Shown here: positions 8,013-18,300 of the stretch, one piece after another | How the letters are laid out: every line of letters begins with the position of its first letter | How positions within the stretch are numbered: the stretch's first letter is position 1 | IMG/VR virus record: IMGVR_UViG_3300021400_000686 | Coordinates: 1 to 64,000 of that record | Reading direction: 5' to 3' (one strand) | DNA length: 64,000 nt | Source of the DNA: a virus | Lineage: Duplodnaviria > Caudoviricetes | Notes under the pieces: model-generated | What the model was told of the DNA's origin: nothing | What the model saw: only the letters and a program-made list of their open reading frames with translations | Database searches by the model: none | Position numbers and translations under genes: made by a program

Positions 8013-8999
8013 TTATTTTACATAATAACTTGAACAGAAGCCATAAACGCCTCCGTAAATCACATAATGCCAATAGGTTCCGTCTGACCCAACCTTGGTA
8101 TCGCAAACTTCAACCACCGCCCCCTTCGGCATTACGCAAATCGACTTGAAATTAGTCCCCGCGTTCTGTCTCAAGTTAAGGTTCCTTGTGACGATTGCAT
8201 CCCTCTGTTTGGTCTTTCTTAAGCAGTACCTCTTCTCGATGTACCCATAGTGCTTAGACGCAATACAAATGTGCCAGAAGCCGTTTTCCTCGCCAATAAC
8301 CTCAAAGAGGTTTCCAGTCGCAAGGTGAGGATAAGACGAAAGCGCTCCTACCATTGGCTCTGCATACACATCAATCAGCGTCGCTCCGTATGTCTCGCCA
8401 ACCCACGCATCTGTGATCGGCCCCGGAATGTCTCCGCCGTGGATTTCGTTCCACAAAGCTGTAATCGGCTCATACGGTGAATAAACGCCTGTATAGTCAA
8501 CCGCGTTGCTCTGTCCGCTCTTTTCCCACGCACGACTCGCAATCGGCTCAAACAGGATGCCCGCACGGCCTTCGGCAATTGCGCGGTCTGTGGACTCCCA
8601 CCCAATGTGCATACACTTGCCACCACCAACATCAAGACCGATGTGCCGTCCTCGGCCTCCCCAAGTGGTAAACAAAAGCGAGGCCGTCGGCCCCGCCTGT
8701 AAGCTATTGTATTTGTAGCAGTTGTTAATCTGCCCGATTGAGTATTGCTTGTCCCCTGTACAAGTCCACCCAGTGAACGCTGAACAGTCATCGGCTCGTT
8801 TCCCAAGCGAATTCCGTACAATCTGTACCAGTTCCTCTGGACTATATCTTGCGAAGTAGCTTGGTTCCCTCTCGAAGTATCCGCGTATTTGCGCTTCGCT
8901 CGTTAAGAGGACATCCTTCGCGCCCCACAAATAGACATACTTGCCTGATCTAAATGCGTTGATTGCATTATCAACCGCATTTTTCCACGGTATTGCCAT
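8013..8999 (-). CDS. Endolysin (NlpC/P60-like catalytic domain + SH3-like binding domains)
   Basis: YLWGA, DDCSAF (Cys), HIGL (His); C-terminal LNLRQNAG..WHYVIYGGVYGF SH3b-like. Confidence 0.7.
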   Translation of the reverse strand: MAIPWKNAVDNAINAFRSGKYVYLWGAKDVLLTSEAQIRGYFEREPSYFARYSPEELVQIVRNSLGKRADDCSAFTGWTCTGDKQYSIGQINNCYKYNSLQAGPTASLLFTTWGGRGRHIGLDVGGGKCMHIGWESTDRAIAEGRAGILFEPIASRAWEKSGQSNAVDYTGVYSPYEPITALWNEIHGGDIPGPITDAWVGETYGATLIDVYAEPMVGALSSYPHLATGNLFEVIGEENGFWHICIASKHYGYIEKRYCLRKTKQRDAIVTRNLNLRQNAGTNFKSICVMPKGAVVEVCDTKVGSDGTYWHYVIYGGVYGFCSSYYVK

Positions 9000-9038
9000 T
9001 AAGCACCTCTCTTTCTTTTCTATTCAGGTATTACAAAG

Positions 9039-9275
9039 TTATCCCTCCTTGAACGGATCGTGAACTTTGTCCCACCATCTGCCGATCAACTCAGGGAGCA
9101 ACGCAAGGACTTTCCTGTATTTGAATTCCTCAACTGCGTCCCAGTCGCCGAAGTCTCCAAGGACGAACTCGATGCTTTCCGTTGCAATCGTAATCGCTTC
9201 GTCCTTAGTGATCTTAATCGGTGTAAGGATCATTCCCTGTTTCTCGGCTTCTGTTCTGAGCTCTTCGCTTGTCAT
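9039..9275 (-). CDS. hypothetical protein
   Basis: ORF with RBS GGAGA. Confidence 0.5.
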   Translation of the reverse strand: MTSEELRTEAEKQGMILTPIKITKDEAITIATESIEFVLGDFGDWDAVEEFKYRKVLALLPELIGRWWDKVHDPFKEG

Positions 9276-9452
9276 ATCGCATCTCCTTTACCGATCTTTC
9301 GGCGGTGTCATTTTTTCGAGGAGTCGTCTGTGCCTTTCCTCATACTCTTCTTCCGACATTGACTTTTTCAGAGCGTCCTTGTCAAGAAGAAATTTTCTGA
9401 AAAAATCCATCAGTTCATTTTCTGTGTACTGTGCCATAGTTGCTCCTTTATG

Positions 9453-9845
9453 TTATGCAAGCCATAATAGTCGGATGCCTCCCCATACTGTACCAGATGC
9501 CGTCAATGTGAGCGTGCCAGATGTCGTAGACCCACTATAAGTTCCTGTGAATGTGATTGCGCTCGACCCACCTGCAATTTTCATAAAATACGGAACATTC
9601 GGGTCTGTGCCGATGGATGCGGAGCGAAGCCAAAGCAAATAACAAAACCATGTCTCTCCCCCCGGTGCTCCAAACAACAAGCCAAAACTATAATTATTAT
9701 TTGAATCTCTCGGAGTATTTACCGTATAGGTTGTCGCACTTGTGGCATATCGCTGTAAGACAGTACGAAGATTAGCCCCTAAAAGAAAAGATATGCCTTC
9801 TGCATCCAAGTAGGTATCGCTACCCAGTTTAATCGATTTTGCCAT
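9453..9845 (-). CDS. Tail-tip/RBP head module 3 with MAKSIKLG leader
   Basis: MAKSIKLGSDTYLDA N-terminus, beta-rich body. Confidence 0.65.
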   Translation of the reverse strand: MAKSIKLGSDTYLDAEGISFLLGANLRTVLQRYATSATTYTVNTPRDSNNNYSFGLLFGAPGGETWFCYLLWLRSASIGTDPNVPYFMKIAGGSSAITFTGTYSGSTTSGTLTLTASGTVWGGIRLLWLA

Positions 9846-9871
9846 GCGCGTTTGCGCTCTGGAAAGTTAGG

Positions 9872-10210
9872 TTATGATCCTGTATCTGTGCCTGTGAGCT
9901 TAAACCAGTGTGACCATCGTATTGGCGATCCTGATCTTGTCCTGTACCAGATGCCATTAAGGTTGACTATGACTTGGTTAACTGCGTCAGTGTCAACCCC
10001 GTTACTGGTTGTAACAACACATAAGTGCGAATATGACGCGCCCGCTGGGCAATTAGTAATTGCTGTGTTACTTGTCGCAATGTACCACCACCCACTTTGC
10101 TGTTGCGTCCGATAGTCATCTAAGTTTCCGCTCCTTATCGTTCCACGAATTCCAACGATTCCGCTCGCGTCCAGATAGGTATCACTCCCCAACTTAATGC
10201 TTTTCGCCAT
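9872..10210 (-). CDS. Tail-tip/RBP head module 2 (pyocin-knob-like) with MAKSIKLG leader
   Basis: NLDD..SGWWY..NCPAG..Q..WYRT..WSHW pattern. Confidence 0.7.
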   Translation of the reverse strand: MAKSIKLGSDTYLDASGIVGIRGTIRSGNLDDYRTQQQSGWWYIATSNTAITNCPAGASYSHLCVVTTSNGVDTDAVNQVIVNLNGIWYRTRSGSPIRWSHWFKLTGTDTGS

Positions 10211-10263
10211 TTAATTTTCGGGATTTGGCTGTGTCGATTATATCTTATTATGATTGACTTCCA

Positions 10264-10617
10264 TTATTTCCACTTGCCGATTGCAATCCATGAACAAAAT
10301 TGCTGATTTGTAGTTGGATCGTTTCGGTACACTGTAAATCCATTTACGCGTTCCCCTGCCACAAGAACATGATCGTTCCTTGTGTTGGTATATCTCGCTG
10401 ATACTACAACAATTGGGACCGAAATAAAATTTACAGAAAATGTGATTGTCTTTGATGAACTGCCTGCGTCCATCGTAGCCGCACCCCACTGTATCAAAGT
10501 CCCGTCTGGTAGTTTTGTGTAGTCTGTGTGCGATTCGTCTATCGCAGTATGATCGCTCATCACTATCCCACTCGCATCTAAGAATGTATCAGCCCCTAAT
10601 TTAATCGACTTAGCCAT
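10264..10617 (-). CDS. Tail-tip/RBP head module 1 (gp53-like C-terminal domain) with MAKSIKLG leader
   Basis: YTKLPDGTLIQWG..ITFSVNFISVP motif. Confidence 0.7.
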   Translation of the reverse strand: MAKSIKLGADTFLDASGIVMSDHTAIDESHTDYTKLPDGTLIQWGAATMDAGSSSKTITFSVNFISVPIVVVSARYTNTRNDHVLVAGERVNGFTVYRNDPTTNQQFCSWIAIGKWK

Positions 10618-10719
10618 GGTGAGTCACCTCACCTTCCCTCAGACCCCCTTTCCAGAGAGTCGCAGGAGAAAAGCTTACAGAGCTTCCCTCCTTTCGTCTG
10701 TTGTAACGAGAGGTTTGTA

Positions 10720-10729
10720 CCCCCCCCCC
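10720..10729 (-). repeat. G10 homopolymer inside a short leader ORF (10610-10747)
   Basis: ATGAATATCAAACTCATA-G10-TACAAACC, with RBS AAGGAG upstream. Confidence 0.8.
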
Positions 10730-10761
10730 TATGAGTTTGATATTCATGTTGCTCCTTTCTG

Positions 10762-10875
10762 TCAGCTCCAAACGCTGACGACATTTATGATACTGTCGGA
10801 GTTATCGTAGCTGATCCTGCTTGCCTGTTCAGCCGCTCCGCCGAACTCTATGCCGTTTCTGATTAGTTTACCCAT
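10762..10875 (-). CDS. 37-aa tail-associated peptide
   Basis: Strong RBS AGGAGG; MGKLIRNGIEFGG..ASRISYDNS..VVSVWS resembles parts of the 11040 fibre. Confidence 0.5.
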   Translation of the reverse strand: MGKLIRNGIEFGGAAEQASRISYDNSDSIINVVSVWS

Positions 10876-11039
10876 AATGCCTCCTTCCTGTGCTCGAATT
10901 TGCCCCTTTTTTTCGGAGCTTTAGCCACTTGCCTGATAAACTTTATCGCCTGAAGGCGTAAGACCCGCTAATTAGAGGATTTCGCCTCGTTAGAACAGGC
11001 TTTCTTGATTAAGAATGCCGTAAAATCACCTCTTCAAAC

Positions 11040-12038
11040 TTAAATTCTAACCGCACGGAGTATCCAGCTAACAGAAACGGCAGAGCCACAGTTATGCTCG
11101 GCAACAAGATTAATTGCCTCAGACCCATTCATTATAACAATCGCACTACAAGAAACTCTTGTTGTTGCCCCCTGACAAGGCGGTACTTGTTCGTCCGCAA
11201 CTGTTACAGATAAATCACCTCCTGTAATTGCACACCTACGGTAGCCCGGATTATTGTTCGACGGGTATATAAGGCTCCCAGAAATCACGTATCTTCCGGC
11301 AGGAAGTACAACTGACTTCACACTTACTACGGAGGCGTTTGGAACAGACGTTGTGTCTCTATAACTGGACACATCAGTTCCACCAAGATCGATCCAGTTT
11401 GACCAAGAATCATTTGCAAACCTTCTGACGTAAGCACCGCCAGAACCAAACACAAGTTGACATGTCACAGATCCATATCCAACTATAAGTACTGCGCTCC
11501 ATCCCAAAGGGCAGTTATTTTGTGCACTACCATCCCAATAATACAGTCCTGAATAATGTGTACCTTTGAAATTATTTAGATCATTTGTGTTGGCATCGAG
11601 TGACGCTTTGACCCCGTCAATCGCGCTCGCATTCAAGTAGGTATCGCCCGCCAACTTAATGCTTTTCTTCGCCCCCGAATCCCAGCTATTCACCTGAGAA
11701 TAAAGCAGGTTCGCAAGCATCTTTTCACCAGTCACAGATTCCGCAAACTGCGCTGACTTCAGGACTCTGTTTGCCGTCAAATCAAGCCCGTTTATCTCTC
11801 TCGTTTTCGGCACTGTATCGTCTACAACCTCATCAATCTCGTCGATCGCATCCTGCACATTCGTAGCAGTGAGTCCCGAAGCAGTGTGATCATAAGGAAC
11901 TTCACTTGCGGTAAGAGCATCTAACTGCCTCTGTAACTCAGAAGCTCTTTCCTGTAGAGTAGTTATCTCATTCTGTATTGCTTCGAAATCAACTTGTTTG
12001 CCGGGAATTGGAAAGCTTGTAAATTGATAATCTGGCAT
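11040..12038 (-). CDS. Tail fibre / receptor-binding protein
   Basis: Coiled coil, YDHTASGLTATNVQDAIDE fibre motif, internal AKKSIKLAGDTYL, knob-like domains. Confidence 0.7.
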   Translation of the reverse strand: MPDYQFTSFPIPGKQVDFEAIQNEITTLQERASELQRQLDALTASEVPYDHTASGLTATNVQDAIDEIDEVVDDTVPKTREINGLDLTANRVLKSAQFAESVTGEKMLANLLYSQVNSWDSGAKKSIKLAGDTYLNASAIDGVKASLDANTNDLNNFKGTHYSGLYYWDGSAQNNCPLGWSAVLIVGYGSVTCQLVFGSGGAYVRRFANDSWSNWIDLGGTDVSSYRDTTSVPNASVVSVKSVVLPAGRYVISGSLIYPSNNNPGYRRCAITGGDLSVTVADEQVPPCQGATTRVSCSAIVIMNGSEAINLVAEHNCGSAVSVSWILRAVRI

Positions 12039-12048
12039 TTACACCTCC

Positions 12049-12324
12049 TTACCACGAACTCACTTGCGAGTAAGTCAATGAAGCTAACATATTCTCGCCA
12101 GTGATTTCGCTTGCAAAATCGGCACTCTTCAGTACGATATTTCCACTTAGTGCTTTGCCGTTAATTGTTCGCCCTGTCAATACTGTTATCCGTTGGTTGA
12201 TACTGTCAATTGCTTGATTGATATTGATGATATCGTCGGTTACATTCTGTATATCTTGCTGTAACTGGTCTATGTCGATTTCATCCGCGTCAATCGGGAA
12301 CGCTGTGTACTGGTAATCCGCCAT
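12049..12324 (-). CDS. Short paralog of the fibre N-terminal anchor
   Basis: MADYQYTAFP..LKSADFASEITGENMLASLTYSQVSSW aligns with the N-terminal part of 11040-12038. Confidence 0.7.
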   Translation of the reverse strand: MADYQYTAFPIDADEIDIDQLQQDIQNVTDDIININQAIDSINQRITVLTGRTINGKALSGNIVLKSADFASEITGENMLASLTYSQVSSW

Positions 12325-12517
12325 CTTCAGCCTCCTTCTGGGACTCCTCCCATGTTTTCTTGTCTTGCTCCAACTGCGCTTTCTCTATCTGAGCCAACTG
12401 TTCGTAAGCTCTGGATAATTCGTTACGGACAACGAAGATAGGAAGCTCTGATTCATTGATTATCTTTACAAGATTTTCAATGAAGTCTTCTCTTGCTACT
12501 GTGATAGGCTTGTTCAT
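12290..12517 (-). CDS. hypothetical tail-region protein
   Basis: Coupled ORF with RBS. Confidence 0.55.
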   Translation of the reverse strand: MNKPITVAREDFIENLVKIINESELPIFVVRNELSRAYEQLAQIEKAQLEQDKKTWEESQKEAEDGGLPVHSVPD

Positions 12518-12530
12518 ACATGTTTCTCCT

Positions 12531-14936
12531 TTACCATGTGCTTACAACTGTTGGTGTGATGTCAACAAATACAGACCTTGACGGAATCCATACCCGCATT
12601 CCGCTTGGAGTTAGCATCGAAAAGTAATTAGTCCCAGATACCGTTGATCCAACAGTAATACCAGTATTAGTTATCGTGGCGGATGTCCCACCGCCACTAT
12701 AAGTTGAGGTGTAAGAAAATCCACCAGAAGGGCTTAGCGTCAACTTATACGCTGTCCCCGCTACTGTATAACTCAACGAGATGACATCATAAGCCGACGC
12801 AGAAGTGTCGATACTGATACTCCCGCCTGTTATATTAGCGTCCGAGCAATTAAGAGTTGTCGCGTTTACAACACCGTTGTACAAAATCTCAAAGATCGGA
12901 TCACTGGTGGTCGGATTGCGTGGGGGGCCATAGAATGTCTGGATGAACGGGCTTAACGGAGGGCCATTATTCTTGTGTATTACGCCGTAGAAGCCATATC
13001 CGACATGCTGTGCGTCAGGCCAGTATTCGCCAAAGCTGTATAACATACTCGGCGTAATGTTAAACCCACCGATTGAACCAGATACCGCAGTAAGCTCACC
13101 GTACTGTGATACAGAAAACCCAGTACCGAGCGTGATCGAGCCTTTATTTATCGCCACAGCGCCAGTCTCGCCATCAACGGTGAAGTTACCATCGCCAAGG
13201 TTAATAGATGAACCACTAAATGTTCCGCCATAAATCAAATCAGCATTGATGCTGTTTGCCTTGATGTATTCCCCGTTGATATAGACTTTTCCATCGTACA
13301 GATATATTCCCTGTTGTTCACCACCACCAGTTAATCGATTAAAAATATCCTCTTGCGTCAACTTTTCGTCCATTTCAGTTAACGCTTGACTTACTGCAAC
13401 CGAAGCATTGTATTCGGTGTTACTTACCTCTTCAATGTCTCGGAACTTCTCGCCTGTAGCTTCATAACTCGCAGAACACATTCCGTCGAACCGTAAAGTC
13501 CTCCGCATCAGAGGGATAACAACAGGCTCGTTTACATCGTACAAGACCTCGTAGGCTTGCCTTGTCTTACCAATAGCAGTATGGTCTTCTTTCGCCAGAA
13601 CCTCACCGCTCGTATTTGCATACAGTCGGAATTCTGGTTCGCCAGATTTTACTCCGTAAACCTCGCCGTATCTGTTGGCAAGAAGTACATAGTCGTCGCT
13701 CAGCGTAACTGCAATTAAATCACCAACATCAATCGCTGGGTTTGCGTATATCACCGATACGGACATTGGCGTGTAAGTCAACAGACTTTTGTACGCCGCC
13801 AAATCGCTTGCTGTAATCGTTGTGATAAACGGATTAGCGTATACTGGATATGGGTTTGTCTTATCGCCGAAGCTGATAGACGCTCCTTGTGTTGACTTGA
13901 ACAGGACACCGCTTATCGGCTCTGTGCTGTACTCTGCAATATCAGATTCGTCCAGTGCCATGTTGTCGGTATCAAGTGTTTCTTCTGCTTCAGCACTCAG
14001 CCACTTCAGTTCCAACTTTCCAAGTCGGTTGAAGTGCGCTATGCTCCTCGCCCTTGAAGCGATGTATGACAGAATGTCTCTGAGTTTTGTCGCGTTCGTG
14101 CTGAACGGCGACTCTTCATACTGCGTCGCGCTGTACAGGAAAGTTGAGCTTTCGTATTCCACACCCACATACTCGCACAATTTGGTATATATCTGAGAGA
14201 GCGTTGTTGGATATGTCAAAGAACCAAGGAAGTCAGCAGAATCCACATCGAACACTTTCATTAAATCCCGACCGTCTTCGATGTTTACAATGTCGTCTGT
14301 AGTCTTTCGTGGCTTCTCAACGTCGTACACACCCATCGGGCAGTATTCCCATGTTTGCTTTTCGCCGTCAACCCACACTGTTGCAATAGCGTTATTTGCG
14401 TCAAAAACAGCACTTTTAGACGTTGCAAGCTTCTGTACGAGTATTTTATTAGGCGATATAGCGGAATACGAAGAATCGCTGATTTTGATCTTTATAGACG
14501 ATGATGTACCAAAAGCGTATACATACTCCGTATCGGATAACAGAGAATGATATGCACCTGATACAAGTCTTTCACCGTCTATAAAAATGCCACCGTTGCC
14601 AGCGTCAAATACTTTTCCTCCAACTTCAACGTGTGCAAGGTACGAAGCTGAAATCTGATACGCTTCACTTGTAGTGATAACGCCGACATACGCTCTCATT
14701 ATTCCAAACTCATATCCACTCAGGATGCCGTTTGAAATCAGACTGAACGACACAGTATTAGAGGGACAATCCCCGAAGGTCAAGTTCTCGGAAGTCGAGA
14801 AATAATCCCCGAACGTCACCCCGCTGTCGTAAATGTCGTCATTGTCAAAATACACATCATTAAAAACAAGCAAGCATTTCTGCGGATAAGAGGGATTCTG
14901 TATCCGTTCAAGAAATGTCTCTGATCTGCTATACAT
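12531..14936 (-). CDS. Tail/baseplate hub protein
   Basis: 801 aa, positioned after the distal tail gene; beta-rich C-terminus. Confidence 0.7.
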   Translation of the reverse strand: MYSRSETFLERIQNPSYPQKCLLVFNDVYFDNDDIYDSGVTFGDYFSTSENLTFGDCPSNTVSFSLISNGILSGYEFGIMRAYVGVITTSEAYQISASYLAHVEVGGKVFDAGNGGIFIDGERLVSGAYHSLLSDTEYVYAFGTSSSIKIKISDSSYSAISPNKILVQKLATSKSAVFDANNAIATVWVDGEKQTWEYCPMGVYDVEKPRKTTDDIVNIEDGRDLMKVFDVDSADFLGSLTYPTTLSQIYTKLCEYVGVEYESSTFLYSATQYEESPFSTNATKLRDILSYIASRARSIAHFNRLGKLELKWLSAEAEETLDTDNMALDESDIAEYSTEPISGVLFKSTQGASISFGDKTNPYPVYANPFITTITASDLAAYKSLLTYTPMSVSVIYANPAIDVGDLIAVTLSDDYVLLANRYGEVYGVKSGEPEFRLYANTSGEVLAKEDHTAIGKTRQAYEVLYDVNEPVVIPLMRRTLRFDGMCSASYEATGEKFRDIEEVSNTEYNASVAVSQALTEMDEKLTQEDIFNRLTGGGEQQGIYLYDGKVYINGEYIKANSINADLIYGGTFSGSSINLGDGNFTVDGETGAVAINKGSITLGTGFSVSQYGELTAVSGSIGGFNITPSMLYSFGEYWPDAQHVGYGFYGVIHKNNGPPLSPFIQTFYGPPRNPTTSDPIFEILYNGVVNATTLNCSDANITGGSISIDTSASAYDVISLSYTVAGTAYKLTLSPSGGFSYTSTYSGGGTSATITNTGITVGSTVSGTNYFSMLTPSGMRVWIPSRSVFVDITPTVVSTW

Positions 14937-14945
14937 GCTCCCTCC

Positions 14946-15377
14946 TTAATACTCAATAAACGCTACTCGCGCCTCCGCATACTTGATTACTCTGTTTTCA
15001 AGATCAACATAGTTTTTCTGATACTGAACATCAGGCATGTAAAACCTTCCAGTATCGTAGCTGTCGGTTTCGTCGTTGTAATATCTCATGTAGAATTCTC
15101 TTTGCAGTTCATCGGTGTAATGCGCTCTCATGAAGCTCGTGAACTGTACCAGTTCCGCGTTTGTCATTTTCCGCAAATTGAATTCCACCTTAAACGGCAT
15201 GTGCCTGATAACATTTCTCTGTAGCACGCCGTTCACATTTCTTTTCGATGTAGATCGATCAAGTCTTTGGTTCGGCGTGGCTTTATAACTTTCCGCTACA
15301 ATAAGGCCGAGCGGAAAATCGTCGTAAACTGATCCGCTCGGCCTCCTCATTTGCATTAGTGTTCCGTCAAAACTCAT
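14946..15377 (-). CDS. Distal tail protein-like
   Basis: Position after the TMP; size; RNVNGVLQR motif. Confidence 0.6.
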   Translation of the reverse strand: MSFDGTLMQMRRPSGSVYDDFPLGLIVAESYKATPNQRLDRSTSKRNVNGVLQRNVIRHMPFKVEFNLRKMTNAELVQFTSFMRAHYTDELQREFYMRYYNDETDSYDTGRFYMPDVQYQKNYVDLENRVIKYAEARVAFIEY

Positions 15378-18300
15378 CCAGTCACCCTCCTGTACGCGTT
15401 AAGACTTTGGTTTATCATTCTTCCGTTAGAAGCGTTGGGTGTAAAAGAGAACTGCTTGTTCTGTACTACGGCAATAAGGGTTTCAAGTAAGTCTTGCTGA
15501 TTGTCACGTAATTGCCTTACCATTCCGATAACTTCATCAAGACTCACCGATGCATACGCCCCTTGGCCATACTCAGACCGCACGGCACCTGAGTCAATCT
15601 GCGTCGGAAGAACCGCCCCACTCGCGATATACGGGGCCTGTAATGACCCAATCGCGGTATCCGTAAGACTCGTGGCAATATCATTCATCGCCCTTAACGG
15701 AGCGCTTGCCTCATCTTCAATACCTAATGCAAGACCTTCAGACACCATCGCGCCGATTTCGTCTCGGAACACCCTTGACGGAGAACGAATGCCAAGTGCT
15801 CTCTTTGCCGCATTGATCGTTTTTGATGCAATATCTGTGACAACGCCGTTCAGCCAGTGCCACCCGTTTGTAAGACCCTGTGCCATACCGTTTATCATGT
15901 TGGAACCGATGCTTCCCCAGTCTTGTCCGTTCAGCGTATTGTAGATCATAGCGGAATAATTCCCCGAGTTGTTTACAAGACCTTGCAATGCGGTAAACGC
16001 GTTGGACGCCATTGCCCTAAACTTGTTCGCGACATCCCCACTCATGTTGCTCAACTTATTCGCCATAGTCGACGACATACTTGAGAACTTATTCGTGACA
16101 TCGTTGTTCATCGAGGCAAGCTGTTGCGTAGCAGTAGCGCTCATCGCCCTGAACTTATTCGCGCTTGTAGAGTCCATATTGGTGAGCTTGTTCGTTGCGG
16201 TAGAAGACATCCGTTCAAACTTTGAAGACAGATCACTGTTAATCATCTCCAAGCTTCTATTGGAACTTGCCTTCATGTTGTTGAACTTGCTACTTACAGT
16301 CGCGTCCATCGTACTGAGCTTGCCAGATGCGGCGACGGCCATCGTGCTGAACTTCGATGTCACATTATTGTTCATGTTGTTCACGGTGCTTGTGGTCTGT
16401 GTAGACATGTTCTGCATATTCAGGACGAGCTCACGAACCATAGAAGCCACTTGCTTCGCCACTTTAAGCGACATCGCCGCAAACTTGGAAGCCATCATAT
16501 CAGCCATCTGAGAGAACTGGTCTTTTACATCCCTTGTGTTCGTCTTAGCGGTCGTCGCGGTCTTTAAGTTCTCCTGCCTCTGGCGCTCCATCTGCATCGC
16601 CATTTCCTGAGTGACATTGATGGACGATGTACGGGCGGCGTTGTTTTCAGCAACGATGGTATTGGTTGTTTCGGTGAACGACGCTCCCGCGCCGTGGTGT
16701 GCGTTGACAATACGGTTAGTGGTGCTTTCGGTCGTTTCAGCAGTCTTTACGCTTTCCTGACGTTGGCGTTCCATTTGCATTGCCATCTCCTGAGTCACCC
16801 CAGAAGTGGATGCCTTAATTCGCTTATTATCAGACTCAATTTTACTTGTCGTAGTGTCGAACGATGCGCCAGCGCCATGGTTCGCGTTGACAACGCGACT
16901 TGATGAGTCCTCTACGGCCTTTGCGGTAGAGTCGCTTGCCCTAACAGTACGATGGGCGTTATCCTCAGACGTTTGTCCAGTCCTCTGTAACTCTTGGCGC
17001 TGAATTTCCATCTGCATTGCCATTTCCTGAGTTACGGACTGGTAAGACTGAGCCGTTTTCTTGTTGGAGTCATCAAGGCTCTTGGCGGTTTCCTGACGCT
17101 GGCGTTCCATTTCCATCGCCATTTCCTGAGTGACTTCGGAATAGGTCGCCGCCTGTTGATGCGCCGCTTCCCATGCCTCATCACCCTTGGCAACCATCAA
17201 GTCAACCTTGTCGTTGAAATTAGACTGCCATTCATCAAGGCTGTTCTGTGCCTTTTCTTTCCACGACCCGATAGTGTTGTCGTAGAATGTGTCAAGCCCC
17301 TGTGAGGCTTCCACCATTCCTTTGCCAATCTTCTTTGCAATCGGGCCACCGTGGTCGATAAGGTACTGCCCCATGCCGTTCATCGCCCGAACAAGCAATT
17401 CCTTCACGAGCCGTAACGGTGTCTCCAAGCCAGCGATAATAAGTTCGGCAACGCTCGTAACAATTGCCGCGGCAAGCTTTCCAAGAGCACCAAGAACTCG
17501 ATGCCACTTGATGTTCTCTACAAACTCGACAATCTTATCAGTTACGGTGTCCGAGAATTCGATAAAACTGAAGTCTTCAAAGAATTCTCCGATCTCGGAA
17601 GCCGCGCCCCAAAGGAAGTCGCTAAAGGCCTCCGCCGCATCGTCAGCGGGGAAAGTTTTGATGCCTTCAATAAGTGCGTCTATGATCTTTCCTACTGTTT
17701 TGACTATCGTACCGCCGAGGTTCTGGAAATCGGTTTCTTGCAAGAATCCACGCACGAACGAATTGAATGACCGCACCATCTTATTCAGGATTTCAGGGTC
17801 GGTATCGAAGATAGTCTGGATTCCATCAACAATCTTGTTGACAAGAGCGCCTAAGTCAGCGCCAAATCCTTCGAAGTTGATCCCGTCAAAGCACTTGCTG
17901 AAGAAAGTCACAATGCTGGATACAATAAGCTCTATCGGGAATTCCCGAATGCCCTTCCCAAGCGCCTCGATAATCTTGTTCACCACGGTGGAAAACGTGT
18001 CGCCAGCCTTTTCGAAATCAATCTCGGTGAAAATTCCTGTAATAAAATCCAAGAACGCCTGAACCATCTTGTTCAGGATGTCTGGATCAGTGTCAAATAT
18101 CGCCGCGATCCCATCGACAATCTTGTTCACAAGACTGCCGAATGTCGCACCGATATTATTGAAGTTCACCCCCGTGAGGAACCTCCCAACAAATATCGTA
18201 AGGCCGGCGACAATGTCTTCAATCGGAAAGTTTTCGATCTTCTCCTTGATGTTCGACATCAAGTTGTTGACGAACTCCGCCGCTTTGTCCCCAGCTCCGC

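Noticed and set aside
9453-12324. DGR or invertase shufflon acting on the tail-tip genes
   Set aside because: No reverse transcriptase, no template/variable repeat pair differing at adenines, no inverted cassettes and no local invertase; the only recombinase seen is the distant integrase.
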